DNA of 64,000 nt from assembly GCA_030141605.1 (NCBI GenBank), contig JAQGDQ010000117.1, forward strand, positions 1 to 64,000, given 5' to 3'. Made by a program: the position numbers and the translations under genes. Every line of letters starts with the position of its first letter. The first letter of the stretch is position 1. Below are positions 53,659-64,000 of this stretch, piece after piece. The notes beneath the pieces were generated by a model. The model was not told where the DNA came from and ran no database searches. It worked only from the letters and a program-made list of their open reading frames with translations. This DNA comes from Tubiluchus corallicola (Eukaryota > Animalia > Priapulida).

Positions 53659-56181
53659 TTACTGCAATAGTCCAACCTTAAAATTGCATGATGCTTGTAT
53701 GGTCAACAGAAAAGGACCCTCCTGACCTGGTCGGAAAGTACAAGGTGTAATATTATATACTCCTGAGGGAACGTCATCTAATTCCAAAACTGCAAACCCG
53801 GATCGAAAGGCACCTGAAGACTTTCTGGTGAAATTACCTTTGCTGTTAGGAAAGTCTGAACTCACAGTGGTAATGTCAAAACCCACGCTATATTGTTTAG
53901 GTCCCTTTATGATAATAACTAAATCCTCTTCTTCTCCACGTTCTTGCAATGTCAGCTGATATATTGGGTTATTTTTGTATGATGGGTGGTTTGCACAGCC
54001 GCCAGCAGTTCTGGATGTCCAGTGACCATCTATTGTCTTTTTCAGTTTCCAGTTTTCTCTTATTCTCTTAAAAATAAACTCACATGTTGCAAAAACTCTG
54101 AGAGTATAACGAATTGTAGTGAGTTTTTCGTATTCAGACACCACCACTGTATACATTGAGTTTCCAGCCTGCTGCACGACCATTTTGCAAAGGTAATGTG
54201 GAGAATTAATGCGAACACCGTCAATATATGGAGGAGGATCGTAAGGATAGAACACTCGTTTACCTTCGGTGTTATTGTATATAACTAATGCAATGAACTC
54301 GCGATTCTCTGCAAAATCGTCTTTGTCGGTGATATGCCTTGTAAGTAGCATCCACACGCCACCAGGCCCAAAGACATTTAACATGTATTGAGGGTTATCT
54401 CCAATGTTGTAAGTGTCCTTGACGGGTCCTGTTCCAGCATTCCACACACTGTGTGTGCAAGTTGTGTGCTTAAACAACTGTGGATTCCAATTCAAATATG
54501 CCACTTCAAAGAACCTACAGATGGAGTCGTAATCAATCCAGAATACTCCGTCATCAAATTGCTGTGCACTTTTTGGATCGTAGCTCAAAGCTTTCTGGAT
54601 ATCTGGAGTCCAATGCCTCTCATCTCTTTCAGAAAAGTTTCCTTTCCATCGGAGATGACTCCAAGGATTTTTAAGTTGAATAAGTCTATATCCTTTTACT
54701 TCTCTAACGTCTAACATGGCATAAGCATGAGTTGTTACTAATCCAGCTCTGTCCGCTTCAATTTCAGAGAGAGGGCCAGTAGCAAATGTTATGAGTACAT
54801 CCCCTTTATGAAAACGATCTAGTATCTTTCTAAATAACTTGTCTTTGTTAAACGTTTTGTCAGCTTCACTTATGCCAACTCTCTCAGGTATCCACCCAAT
54901 CAGTGCATGAAGATCTACACTAGAGTTTGAACCTGGAAAATTGTAACCACCCATAACTTTCATATAAGCTTTCTCTAATAGTGAAATCCACAATTCATGT
55001 CGGTTAATGGAAAAAGAACAAAGAAGTTCACCCTCTTTACTCAGTGGCAGTGTGTCATCAATAATAACCTTCCTTGGGACTCCATTAATATGCAACTTCA
55101 CCATGTATTTCCCACAAGGATTATATATTGGAATCCCATTTTTGTTCTGTGGATAAATGATGCTGGTTATGAGAGATTTTTTGTAAGTCTTTTCATACAA
55201 GGCACTAATGGCAAGCGATGCCACAAATGAGCAATCAGAGACACAGGTTTGCTTTATTGTGAGAGGATCTATTTTCAGTATCATTGTGGGCTCACCACTA
55301 ATGAATTCTTCGGGCCTAGCCCACTTTGCAATCCTGCTCTTTTGTTTGGGAGAAAGGATTAACTTGCCATCCTTGTCTGAAAATGGCAATGGAAATCCAA
55401 ATCTCTCCTTAAGGTCAACATCCATGAATGGTACATACTCACGACCATTTATTACGGAAGTGGCTCTAAGAACTGCAATTTCTTCCTTCGTATATGAAGC
55501 ACTTCCTGCCACAAGCAGATTCTGTTTCTTCTTGTTAAGCGCTGCCCCTGAGGTATAACTAGAAGGACGACTAGACTGACGACTATCATCAATATTCAAA
55601 TTACCAAAGCCAAGTGGAGGAATACGTCTCACCATAGGTGAACGCTTTGGATCTGAACTAGCAGCTGGTTTATCTTCATAACCAGGTGGGGTCGGAAGTA
55701 CCAATTCCGGTTCAGAAGCAGCTACTTTCTTAATAGCTTCAGCTCTATCCAAAGCTTGTTCTGTCAACTTGGTCAATTTTAATTCTAAATCTTTGTCATG
55801 AGTACTGTTTTTAATGCTGATGCAAATCTCAGCAGCTTGCATGTATAATTCAGCAGCTTCATCTTCATCTCCTTCTTCATCTTGTTCAAAAGCTTGTAGT
55901 AACAAAAACTGAGCACGTTCGAAATCACATTGATGCTGTGTCTTAATATTAACAACAACATTACCTCTCCACAATGTCTCTTTTAATACAATTGCCCTAT
56001 CGGCATACTCCTTGGCCTTTGTCTGAAGATTTGGATGGGTTGAACCAGCCTCAACAGCTTCTAATAATGTTGACGAGGCTTGAGAATAGTAATATATTGC
56101 AGCATCATACTTGGCTTCCTGGTCAAACTTGACAGCTTGCTGTGCCAAATGAATCCCTTCTATTTCTAATTCTGACGACAT
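53659..56181 (-). CDS. CAPN7: Calpain-7 (PalB homologue), 840 aa, single coding exon
   Basis: The protein has two N-terminal MIT-like helical repeats (AVKFDQEAKYDAAIYYY; AFEQDEEGDEDEAAELYMQAAE). The CysPc domain has an intact triad: QTCVSDCSFVASL (Cys), THAYA (His), KNPWS (Asn). It also has DGVRINSPHYL and two C-terminal calpain beta-sandwich domains (TAGGCANH). The first ATG is at 56181; the ORF-track start at 56193 is TTG. Confidence 0.97.
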   Translation of the reverse strand: MSSELEIEGIHLAQQAVKFDQEAKYDAAIYYYSQASSTLLEAVEAGSTHPNLQTKAKEYADRAIVLKETLWRGNVVVNIKTQHQCDFERAQFLLLQAFEQDEEGDEDEAAELYMQAAEICISIKNSTHDKDLELKLTKLTEQALDRAEAIKKVAASEPELVLPTPPGYEDKPAASSDPKRSPMVRRIPPLGFGNLNIDDSRQSSRPSSYTSGAALNKKKQNLLVAGSASYTKEEIAVLRATSVINGREYVPFMDVDLKERFGFPLPFSDKDGKLILSPKQKSRIAKWARPEEFISGEPTMILKIDPLTIKQTCVSDCSFVASLAISALYEKTYKKSLITSIIYPQNKNGIPIYNPCGKYMVKLHINGVPRKVIIDDTLPLSKEGELLCSFSINRHELWISLLEKAYMKVMGGYNFPGSNSSVDLHALIGWIPERVGISEADKTFNKDKLFRKILDRFHKGDVLITFATGPLSEIEADRAGLVTTHAYAMLDVREVKGYRLIQLKNPWSHLRWKGNFSERDERHWTPDIQKALSYDPKSAQQFDDGVFWIDYDSICRFFEVAYLNWNPQLFKHTTCTHSVWNAGTGPVKDTYNIGDNPQYMLNVFGPGGVWMLLTRHITDKDDFAENREFIALVIYNNTEGKRVFYPYDPPPYIDGVRINSPHYLCKMVVQQAGNSMYTVVVSEYEKLTTIRYTLRVFATCEFIFKRIRENWKLKKTIDGHWTSRTAGGCANHPSYKNNPIYQLTLQERGEEEDLVIIIKGPKQYSVGFDITTVSSDFPNSKGNFTRKSSGAFRSGFAVLELDDVPSGVYNITPCTFRPGQEGPFLLTIQASCNFKVGLLQ

Positions 56182-56209
56182 TTCTTTTAGCAAATTCTAA
56201 AATTTTGTC

Positions 56210-56222
56210 CTGTAAAAACACT
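56210..56222 (-). promoter_or_regulatory. Splice acceptor 28 nt upstream of the CAPN7 ATG
   Basis: The minus strand reads agtgtttttacag|gacaaaattttagaatttgctaaaagaaATG, closely resembling the GT31 acceptor tttttacag. Confidence 0.6.
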
Positions 56223-58332
56223 TGAGATATAAAGGAAGGTAAATCTATTCAGAAACTCAAATAAAACATCATAAATAAAAATTCAAAATTAATGATGTCA
56301 ATAACTAAATTAGAATTTTTGAAAATTTGTCATTGACTTTCAATACATAAGGTCTGTGATGAGTCTGCTCGTACTACAGGCAAAGTGTTATTGAGTAGAT
56401 ATTCTTTTTCATGCTATATCTTTATATCAATGCCCACTAGAACAGCAGACGAAGTTCTACATGTTGATTACAGAAACTGGTGGCAAAATTGCTGCACTAA
56501 TGATCACTTAGGTGATTTCAGAAGATTTAAAGCAAGCACATCATGTGTTGCTTAGCCAATCTAGAAAAACCAACTTTGTTCTCAGGATTTGATGAAACTG
56601 GTGACTACGCCATACATGTGGAAGTTAGGCTTCTTTTTGCAGGAAATACAAAGCAGCAGGATTAGTGGCTTTAGCCAGATGAAAACTAAAAGCAATTTCA
56701 TCAGATATTTATACCGAACGAGACTGCCGCAGTCTCTAAGTGAAGAAACAAAGAAGCAGGTTAGTTGCCTAACTGCGCTGTCATTGACTCATTGAGCTGA
56801 CGGTAATGCATTGAAGTGATGCGAATGAATTGAGGGGCTAATGTGCACTACCTTCACAGTCAAAAGAATTAAATTATTTTACTACATACATTGTATAAGA
56901 AAATTGTACAGGAAACATTAATTTTGTTAGTTATTAGACTGTTGGTTAGAATTTTTTGCTACTACATTATAATATGCATTTTATGGTGTTATAATGTTTA
57001 AACTTCAGGTTATTACAGTATGCATTTTGGTGGTCTTACATATTGCAATAGTGGGCATTTATTACATTATCAATTGTAACAAAGCAGCATTAGTTGCTGT
57101 TTTGCACACAGCAAGGTTTAGCTAGTAATTTGTGTACTAATATTTTTTTAAGAAAACTGTGTCTAGTTTGGCTTATAAATACAAACAATTTTAGATTGAT
57201 GCACTTTTACTCAGGTAAGTTGTAAAGAAGCTAAGCCTGTTTCTTCATATGTAAAATATGGAATAAATAATTAGAATTACAGTAAAAATGTTTATATATG
57301 TTTAATAGACTATCAGCATATCTCAATTTCTGATTTGGATTTAGTTCATTTATTTCCTGTAAGTAAACATAATAAATATTAAGTATATAGACAAAAACGA
57401 GAGTATAGAGAAAGGGTGGTAAAAGAAATCATACAGATTAGCGAATCAGCATCTTTCTAGTTAAAGATAGCTGAAGAACTAATAATAAATTAAGCTGGGG
57501 ACAAAATAAATAACTATCAGACCGAAAAGATATAAACATAAATATATAAATCATAATAAGCAAATATGCCATAGTAACTTGTAAAAGGATCAGGAATAAT
57601 CGGTGATCAGACATGATTGGACATAGGATCTGGTGTGCAGGAATAACTGGTATTTTTTATGATCGGCATACTGTGCTTTATACTACAAGCACAACCACAA
57701 CTAGAAAACATACATAAGAGAAAGGAAACTTGAAGACACTAACAGTTTTGTGGCAAACAAGTAAACAGGTAACTCCATTTAGCAAACTTAGGCACCTAGT
57801 CTGTAAATTGCATATACCAATGCTACCTACTCCTCATCTATAAACAAAATGTTCACACACATACTTTACTTAACACAAAAAGCTGTTTATCATAATCGGC
57901 AACTTGCTCACAAGATTGAAAAGGAAATTCATGGTGATATGGATCTAGCACTGGTGAAACATGGGCACTATAATGGTATCCGCATGTTTAAATGACCAGT
58001 GCAATCTACAAAAGAACAAAGGTCTTCAATTTTCACAACAAAATCTCCTGAGTCAGTGTCTTAACATGATAATATGTCTACCAATTTAAAATTACATGCT
58101 GAGAAGCCAGTATGCCAAGCAATGTTGTATAACAGCACATCCCTCTGGTTAGAATAAAGTGCACATTCAAAGAAAAATGTACAGTAGATTCCACTGAACC
58201 CTGCTCACACAGTGGGGGAATTAACGCCTCCAATCTTACAAAAGCAGTCCTGGGTAGTCGTCAAGTTTACAGAAGTCAGTACGTAATTGAAGAAGCTTAG
58301 AGAACTGGGGCTATGATGGAAAATCAAGCCTT

Positions 58333-58900
58333 CAGTTGAAACCCGGTAATACGATTTGGCTTATAATGAAAATCACAGTAGCACGATGATTTTTTTTATA
58401 ATAAAGCCTATGTAATCATGTATGTTTAATACGAAGCTCCTTACTACGAAATCCCGTTTTATATGATGACTTATCAAAGTCCTGCCAATATGAGTTTAAT
58501 ATAAAAAACCACCTGCAATATGATTTCTGCTGTGGCAGACCCTACCTTCACCTATCACCTATTGCTAATTACCTATTGACCATAGCTTAGTCAATTGTTT
58601 TTACAACTCATTACGCCTCATAACTCTCCTTATGGGTTAGGGGTGGAATACATATATGTGTAGTATCATGGCTAGGTCTACTGTTCACTTAATCAATCAA
58701 CTGTATAGATTTAAATGCCACCCGTCAAATTATTAATTTCTGGAAGACTTCGGCTTCCCACTTTGATAGCAATTTGCCATTATGTAGTTTAAATCACCTA
58801 TATTTGTTACTACCTGCTGTTTACAGGTATCCAATTATACATGTAATACTAAAGCAGCAAAAAAGCACACCGTGAAAACCGCACTGCCGGGATTCGACTG
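58333..58900. mobile_element. pogo/Tigger-like MITE
   Basis: The TIRs CAGTTGAAACCCGG / CCGGGATTCGACTG match 12/14. TA follows the right end (left flank TT), and subterminal taatacga-type motifs are present. Confidence 0.6.
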
Positions 58901-59853
58901 TATTGGACATCACATAAAGGAACAAATTATAGAAGAATCTGCTATCTGAGTAGCCATTAGCCATTTTAGCACAAACTGAACATGAAGTAAGTAAGAGCGT
59001 ACTTCAAGCTGAAATAAACCTTGCAATCTGCTGTCATTCAAACAGTAAACGTATAAATTTAAATACAAAATAGTTTACTTGCAAACAAGTTAGAAAAGTG
59101 CTCAGCAATTTTTGTTTACCTATTTTAGTGAGCACATAGTGGAAATCTTCTAAAGCGCAACTACGTGAAAAATTGGTTAGTTCGCACGGTCATCACGATC
59201 ACTAGCATGATCGCTTCAATTATCATCGGAGCATGAGGGCATTGAGGACCCGAGGATCACGACAGAATAATAATAATAATGAAAGTTATTTGGAAAATTA
59301 TTATTAATTGTATTGTATGATATAATTATAATCATAAACTGCTTCTAGAATATCAGTGGAACCACACAATTACCTAACTTTACAAAAAAGGAAAATGGCA
59401 AGCAAAAATTTGCAATTAGCTAATGAAGTGTGATTAATTAACTAATTAGCTGCTAACTTTGTTTCATTAACGAGGAGACATTAAACAGAAAGGGGGGGGT
59501 GGCGAGTTCCTACTCATCTAAAACATTAACTTTGGCATATCACTTACAAGACAAGTGCTCTACAATTTTTACTATCATTTTGCCAATATTCTTACAGCTA
59601 TTGAAAGGTAACATAAAATTTCAAAGTAGCACGTACGCAAAACAGTTACTATTACATTATTATTATGCATGTTTATCATCAGATATAATTTATGCACACA
59701 CTAGTTGTTATCAAGCATATACATCAACTACTTTTAACAAAAACTTGAAACTTCAAGTTTATAACTGACCATTGTACCGTCATTTTCTCGAAGTGCACCA
59801 GAAAAAAAAAAGTATTGATAAAAGCTGCGACACAGATGACTTTGACTGAAAAT

Positions 59854-59859
59854 TTTATT
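59854..59859 (-). terminator. Candidate polyadenylation signal of CHAF1B
   Basis: AATAAA on the minus strand lies about 760 nt after the stop, followed by a U-rich tract at 59802-59811. An alternative AATAAA is at 60013-60018. Confidence 0.45.
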
Positions 59860-60619
59860 TCGAACATAAAGCTCACAAAATTACAAAATACAATAGTATT
59901 TAATATATGTTATCAAATTTACCATTTTTCACAGTTGCCAACTGACACTGATATACAGGCGTTTAGAAAAATGCTTCATGAATGATAACCGTTAATGTTT
60001 CTGGACTGTCCGTTTATTAAGCTAAGCTCTAGCTTAAATGATTTAGATAGATTTCACAGAAACATTTTTGAATCTCGAATTAGTGATTGCAATGCTGACT
60101 TTGAGTTGTATGTAGAATGCTGTTCATTCATATTTCATTAGTCACCAGTAATACAAAGTAATATTCTTGGTTTTTAATAGAGTTTCTGACCATACAAGGT
60201 GCGACCACTCACCGTAGAAGCTTGTGGTGGGATCGACTCTCATTATCTCATTATTGAGGATAATTCTCTAAGATGAGAGAGGCAAGAGTTAACCACACTT
60301 AAATGAGTATACATTCTTCAATGTAAAATTCCCATAACAAGTATTGAACTACTTATTCTCCCATCCATTCATTGACAAAGCTCTGAACTGCTTACTTTAA
60401 CAGCTAACCACTTTGCTTTCACTTGCCAAAATACATAATTTGTAAAGTATAAAACCAGTTAAAAACCTGGCACCGTGCTGTTGGAGACTTTATAGTTCTG
60501 TACAAGATAATAAGTTCACGGCATTGCAGCAAAAAATTTTATAGTATTCAAACTTTTGACAATAAAGCAGACTCTAAGATACTAATCATTTGTATGCCTA
60601 TCATATTTAGAAACATTAG

Positions 60620-61588
60620 TTACTGAATAGTTACAAATTGTACTCTCCTGGGTTGCTTTTTAACAGGAATATCAGCTTCTGGTATGCAATCTGTTTCACA
60701 GCTTTCACTTGTACTGCCATGATCGGGTTTGCCACAGTTCATTTTAACACAAGGTGAAATGATGCTCAAATCAGACAACGAAGACTCTACACTTACTGGT
60801 GCATCTGATTCTGCAACATTTTCCGTATCAACACTTTCGTGCTCATTTAATTTAACATCATCGGAAGTGGCTCGAACATCACTTATTTCACTAATATTGT
60901 GAACGTCAGTTTGTAACGAATAAGGCAAAGTATATGGATCAGAGGATTGGTCCTTCATTGACGCACACTCTGAATGTTCGGTTAGTACCTCAGAGCTTTG
61001 AAGCGAATTATCACTTCCAGAACCACTAGGAGAACGGGCCTTTTTATTTGGTGGTTCAAGAGTTGCGTCTGCTGCACTTTCAGTGTCTCTTTTTATTGTT
61101 GAATTTCCACTTAGTGTTGTCAGATGGATCCTCCGTTGAGTTTTCACATATCCAGGATGCCTCGGTGTGCAAATGTCTTGCGCTATTCCACTTTGGACAT
61201 GTGCTGGAATTTCGTTAATTACATTACAGTGACGTAGCTTTGGCGAGGTTAAATCAGACTCAGTGAGCTGAATCTTTGGTGATGTTAGATTTAACACATT
61301 ATGCAAACCGTCAGTTATAGGTGTAGGAGTAATTCGCCTTTTACTTGGCTTTGTGTAACCATTTGTGACTGATGGTTGTCGTTCTGGATAATATGCATTC
61401 ATATCTGTACTGTCATCCTCAACTGTTTCAATACTGCTTTGCTTCTCTGAATTTCTCGATGGAACAACAGGCCAATTGTCCAGTAGTCCAGCATTGGTGT
61501 GTGCCAACTCACCGGTACTTGACACAAGAGTTACATTCTTTCCTACACTGGAAGGCTTTTGCGACTCTCCTGAATTATTATTTGGAAT
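60620..61588 (-). CDS. CHAF1B: Chromatin assembly factor 1 subunit B (p60), terminal exon: disordered C-terminal tail
   Basis: The phase-0 acceptor ttattttttcag|ATT matches the upstream phase-0 donor. The 322-codon S/T/E/D-rich frame contains KRRITPTPI, RRIHLTTL and PRRVQFVTI motifs. Stop TAA at 60620-60622. Confidence 0.8.
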   Translation of the reverse strand: MPNNNSGESQKPSSVGKNVTLVSSTGELAHTNAGLLDNWPVVPSRNSEKQSSIETVEDDSTDMNAYYPERQPSVTNGYTKPSKRRITPTPITDGLHNVLNLTSPKIQLTESDLTSPKLRHCNVINEIPAHVQSGIAQDICTPRHPGYVKTQRRIHLTTLSGNSTIKRDTESAADATLEPPNKKARSPSGSGSDNSLQSSEVLTEHSECASMKDQSSDPYTLPYSLQTDVHNISEISDVRATSDDVKLNEHESVDTENVAESDAPVSVESSLSDLSIISPCVKMNCGKPDHGSTSESCETDCIPEADIPVKKQPRRVQFVTIQ

Positions 61589-63079
61589 CTGAAAAAAATA
61601 ACACAATTTAGTTTAATAGTTTTTTATTTGACTGATTTGTACCACAAAAAATTCAACTACATCACATAATATAAATCATATTATGATGTTACAACATAAA
61701 TACGATTAGTAAACTAGGCAAGTCAGTCTCCGAGGAGGAGTATGAGCTTTTGTGAAAAGAATGTAAGAACAAAAGAAATCGTAATTTTACTTACAATTTC
61801 AAATTGAAATTGAATAATGTTAAATACAGTAAGTGCTGCTTAATAGATTCACTTTGGGATGGAAGTGTTTCAACCCAATTAACCGAGTAATTCAATTAGT
61901 CGACGGGTGTAGCCTATTACTACTATAGAAATACGAGTCATGACTCATCACCTTAGTACGCATTGGAAAGGCTTAAAATGAATTTTAGAAATGAACTGAT
62001 GTCAAAATTCCTACATTCAATTATTTAAGAATACTAATTATTTACATAAGTGAATTAATAAAAAAAGAAAAGAAGAAATTGCACAAATCTCATTATTACC
62101 ATTAAATATTACAAAAATTACTGTATGGTCAGTTGCTTCAAAAGTTGGTTTATGAAATTCTCATAATGATAAAAACGTTGAAAGTCTGTTACTGTATGCT
62201 GCACATATTCAAGCAAAACATCTAGTGCTTGAGTTGCTATTGGTGATGACCTTGTTTCCACTGTGAAAAGCAGCGGGAACTTCAAAAGCAAACAGCTGGG
62301 CAAATGATTAAATGTTTAACTTCCAAAAACTATGAGGTTAACTGCAGCGGATAAGCGGGCAACAGATTCAAAGCAAAACCGCTACGCTAACATATTAGTG
62401 CATGTGATAAACGTACTGTACGTGCTTACAAACAAGGCTGGCCCTAACATGACTGTTTCTACGTATACTATAGTGCACAAAATCAACATAAAGATGATAC
62501 AAAAGGAGCATTGGACAATTACAAGTGTTCTATTTTAAATATGTGAATGAAAAATACTGAGTCAATTATGTGAACTTATTTGATCACCGACAGTTTTTAT
62601 ATACATTTGAATAGAAGCGGCCCATACCAGACGTTTATGAGTCAATTAGGTGACTGATTTTATTAACCATGAGTCTAATGAACATCACTTACTGTAATAA
62701 GAACAACAAAAAAAAATCGTGACACAGCACACATTTCTGGTTTAGTTGCTAAATAATTGACCACCCTGGCATGGCTTTGTTTCGTTTTCATTCAACACTG
62801 GAAAATGTTAGCAGTGTTAAATGCAGACTTAACGTATGTCAAATTACTTCAAAATTAATGATTTTCTCAACTTTTCTAAAAATTCCAGAAATGATATAAG
62901 TCAATACACAAAAAATTTGTTTGCTCTTTTTAGAAATATGAAGATTAGTTGATAATGAGTCTGAAGCAGGACAAATTAGCTTGTGTCCATATTTTTGAAA
63001 AAAAAATCATGTAGTTCAAATAAAATGTTGATACGTATTGAGCCTAAATCACATCATGCAATGCCAAATGTTTCATTAC

Positions 63080-63227
63080 GTTAGTTGGCAATTCAGTCAT
63101 AATGTCTGCATTTTCCGCCATTTTTGGGACATCAGAATACGGAATTCCCAATTCTCCTTCTTCGAAAGAAATGAGGGAACAATAACCATCACTGGATGAG
63201 CAAGCTAATATTCTTCCATCAGCTGAC
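63080..63227 (-). CDS. CHAF1B: CHAF1B internal exon (end of the last WD40 repeat)
   Basis: The acceptor ttttatag|G completes the split Trp codon. SADGRILACSSSDGYCSLISFEEGELGIPY matches p60/Cac2 (WSSDG..[23 protein letters not shown]). The probable donor is AAC|GTAATG at 63080/63079; this 3' boundary is less certain. Confidence 0.9.
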
Positions 63228-63612
63228 CTATAAAATGTGTAATAAATACACATTACCGAATATTTCATATAATTAGTAGTAACACTGCTAGCTTACCAGG
63301 CATACAAGTAGATCTTGCATAGATTGAAGCTTACCTACAGTGTAAAAGTTTCTAACACGTAGTTGAATAAACAAACATGAAAAGGAGTATATCACTGTAT
63401 GGGTATTCGACACATAAATGCAAACAAGATTCTAGACAAGATTTGTACTGTCAGATCCCTATCACATATTTTGCAATGGTATTACACGATGCATAAAGCC
63501 GCTAAACTGTACTACAGAACTGCTTCATTAGAATTAATATGAAGGAGTGTATTGACTAATTTCAAAATGAATTTACTTTTCGATGCTCAAATCAATTAGT
63601 AAACGCACTTAC

Positions 63613-63738
63613 CAAGCTAGATCCGTTAAAATCGTGTAGTGAATATTGGAAACTGATGCAAAGGGAAAATTTTGCTGTGTATCATATAAAAGCACAGCAG
63701 TTTCCGTAGCAATGGCAAAAATGACCCTGTATGGCAGC
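63613..63738 (-). CDS. CHAF1B: CHAF1B internal exon (WD40); not in the ORF track; the gene continues beyond the window end
   Basis: The exon is bounded by tatttcag| and TG|gtaagt. It translates as [42 protein letters not shown], matching p60 [42 protein letters not shown]. Confidence 0.95.
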
Positions 63739-64000
63739 CTGAAATAATAATTCAGTCATTATCACATGTTTTGCAACTTCAAAATAGTGCAAAAAACACT
63801 TAAAACGGTCTTGCAAATTGTGAGGCTATCAACATAAATAAAAAACTTATCTATATTGATTTATTATATTAGAACATTTAAGTACAATGGACTAAGGCAG
63901 GTTTATTTTGTTTGCCAGTTTACTAAGGATTATAGTCCTGTAAATATACACATACTTTAAAATACATTGTTATAAACTTTAACTGAAAAACTTTAATGAA

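Noticed and set aside
54388-55558. Plus-strand ORFs overlapping CAPN7
   Set aside because: Short antisense shadow frames of a real CDS with no recognisable motifs.
58805-58820. CAG|GTAGTA as the donor of the CAPN7 5' UTR intron
   Set aside because: It is a weak consensus inside a pogo/Tigger-like MITE and cannot be preferred over other candidates without transcript data.
62765-62797. Possible extra CHAF1B micro-exon after a ctaac...ttttccag acceptor-like signal
   Set aside because: It is open only in phase 1, whereas the candidate upstream donors are phase 0, and the flanking exons already join in frame.

Overview
This is an AT-rich, repeat-dense eukaryotic (animal, probably invertebrate) genomic window. 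It has GT-AG spliceosomal introns, decayed LINEs, MITEs and microsatellites, and no prokaryotic operons or CRISPR. Three host genes are supported. (1) A two-exon GT31/B3GALT6-like glycosyltransferase (+, 17696-19188) whose two active-site motifs look reciprocally swapped. (2) Calpain-7/PalB (-, 53659-56181), with all 840 codons in one exon. (3) The last three exons of CAF-1 p60/CHAF1B (-, 60620-63738), whose tail has three ASF1-binding B-domain-like motifs. The rest is mostly mobile DNA: an internally deleted copia LTR element (5-bp TSD, half-tRNA-iMet-type PBS), a young 5'-truncated RTE LINE with a complex templated 5' junction, a long decayed L1/Tx1 LINE, several CR1/L2-type RT fragments, and hAT, Kolobok-like, pogo/Tigger-like and Helentron-like non-autonomous elements. 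I cannot support a wholly new multi-gene system. The strongest leads are the motif-swapped glycosyltransferase, the intronless calpain-7 just downstream of CHAF1B, and the RTE junction. All homology calls come from recalled motifs, not database searches.
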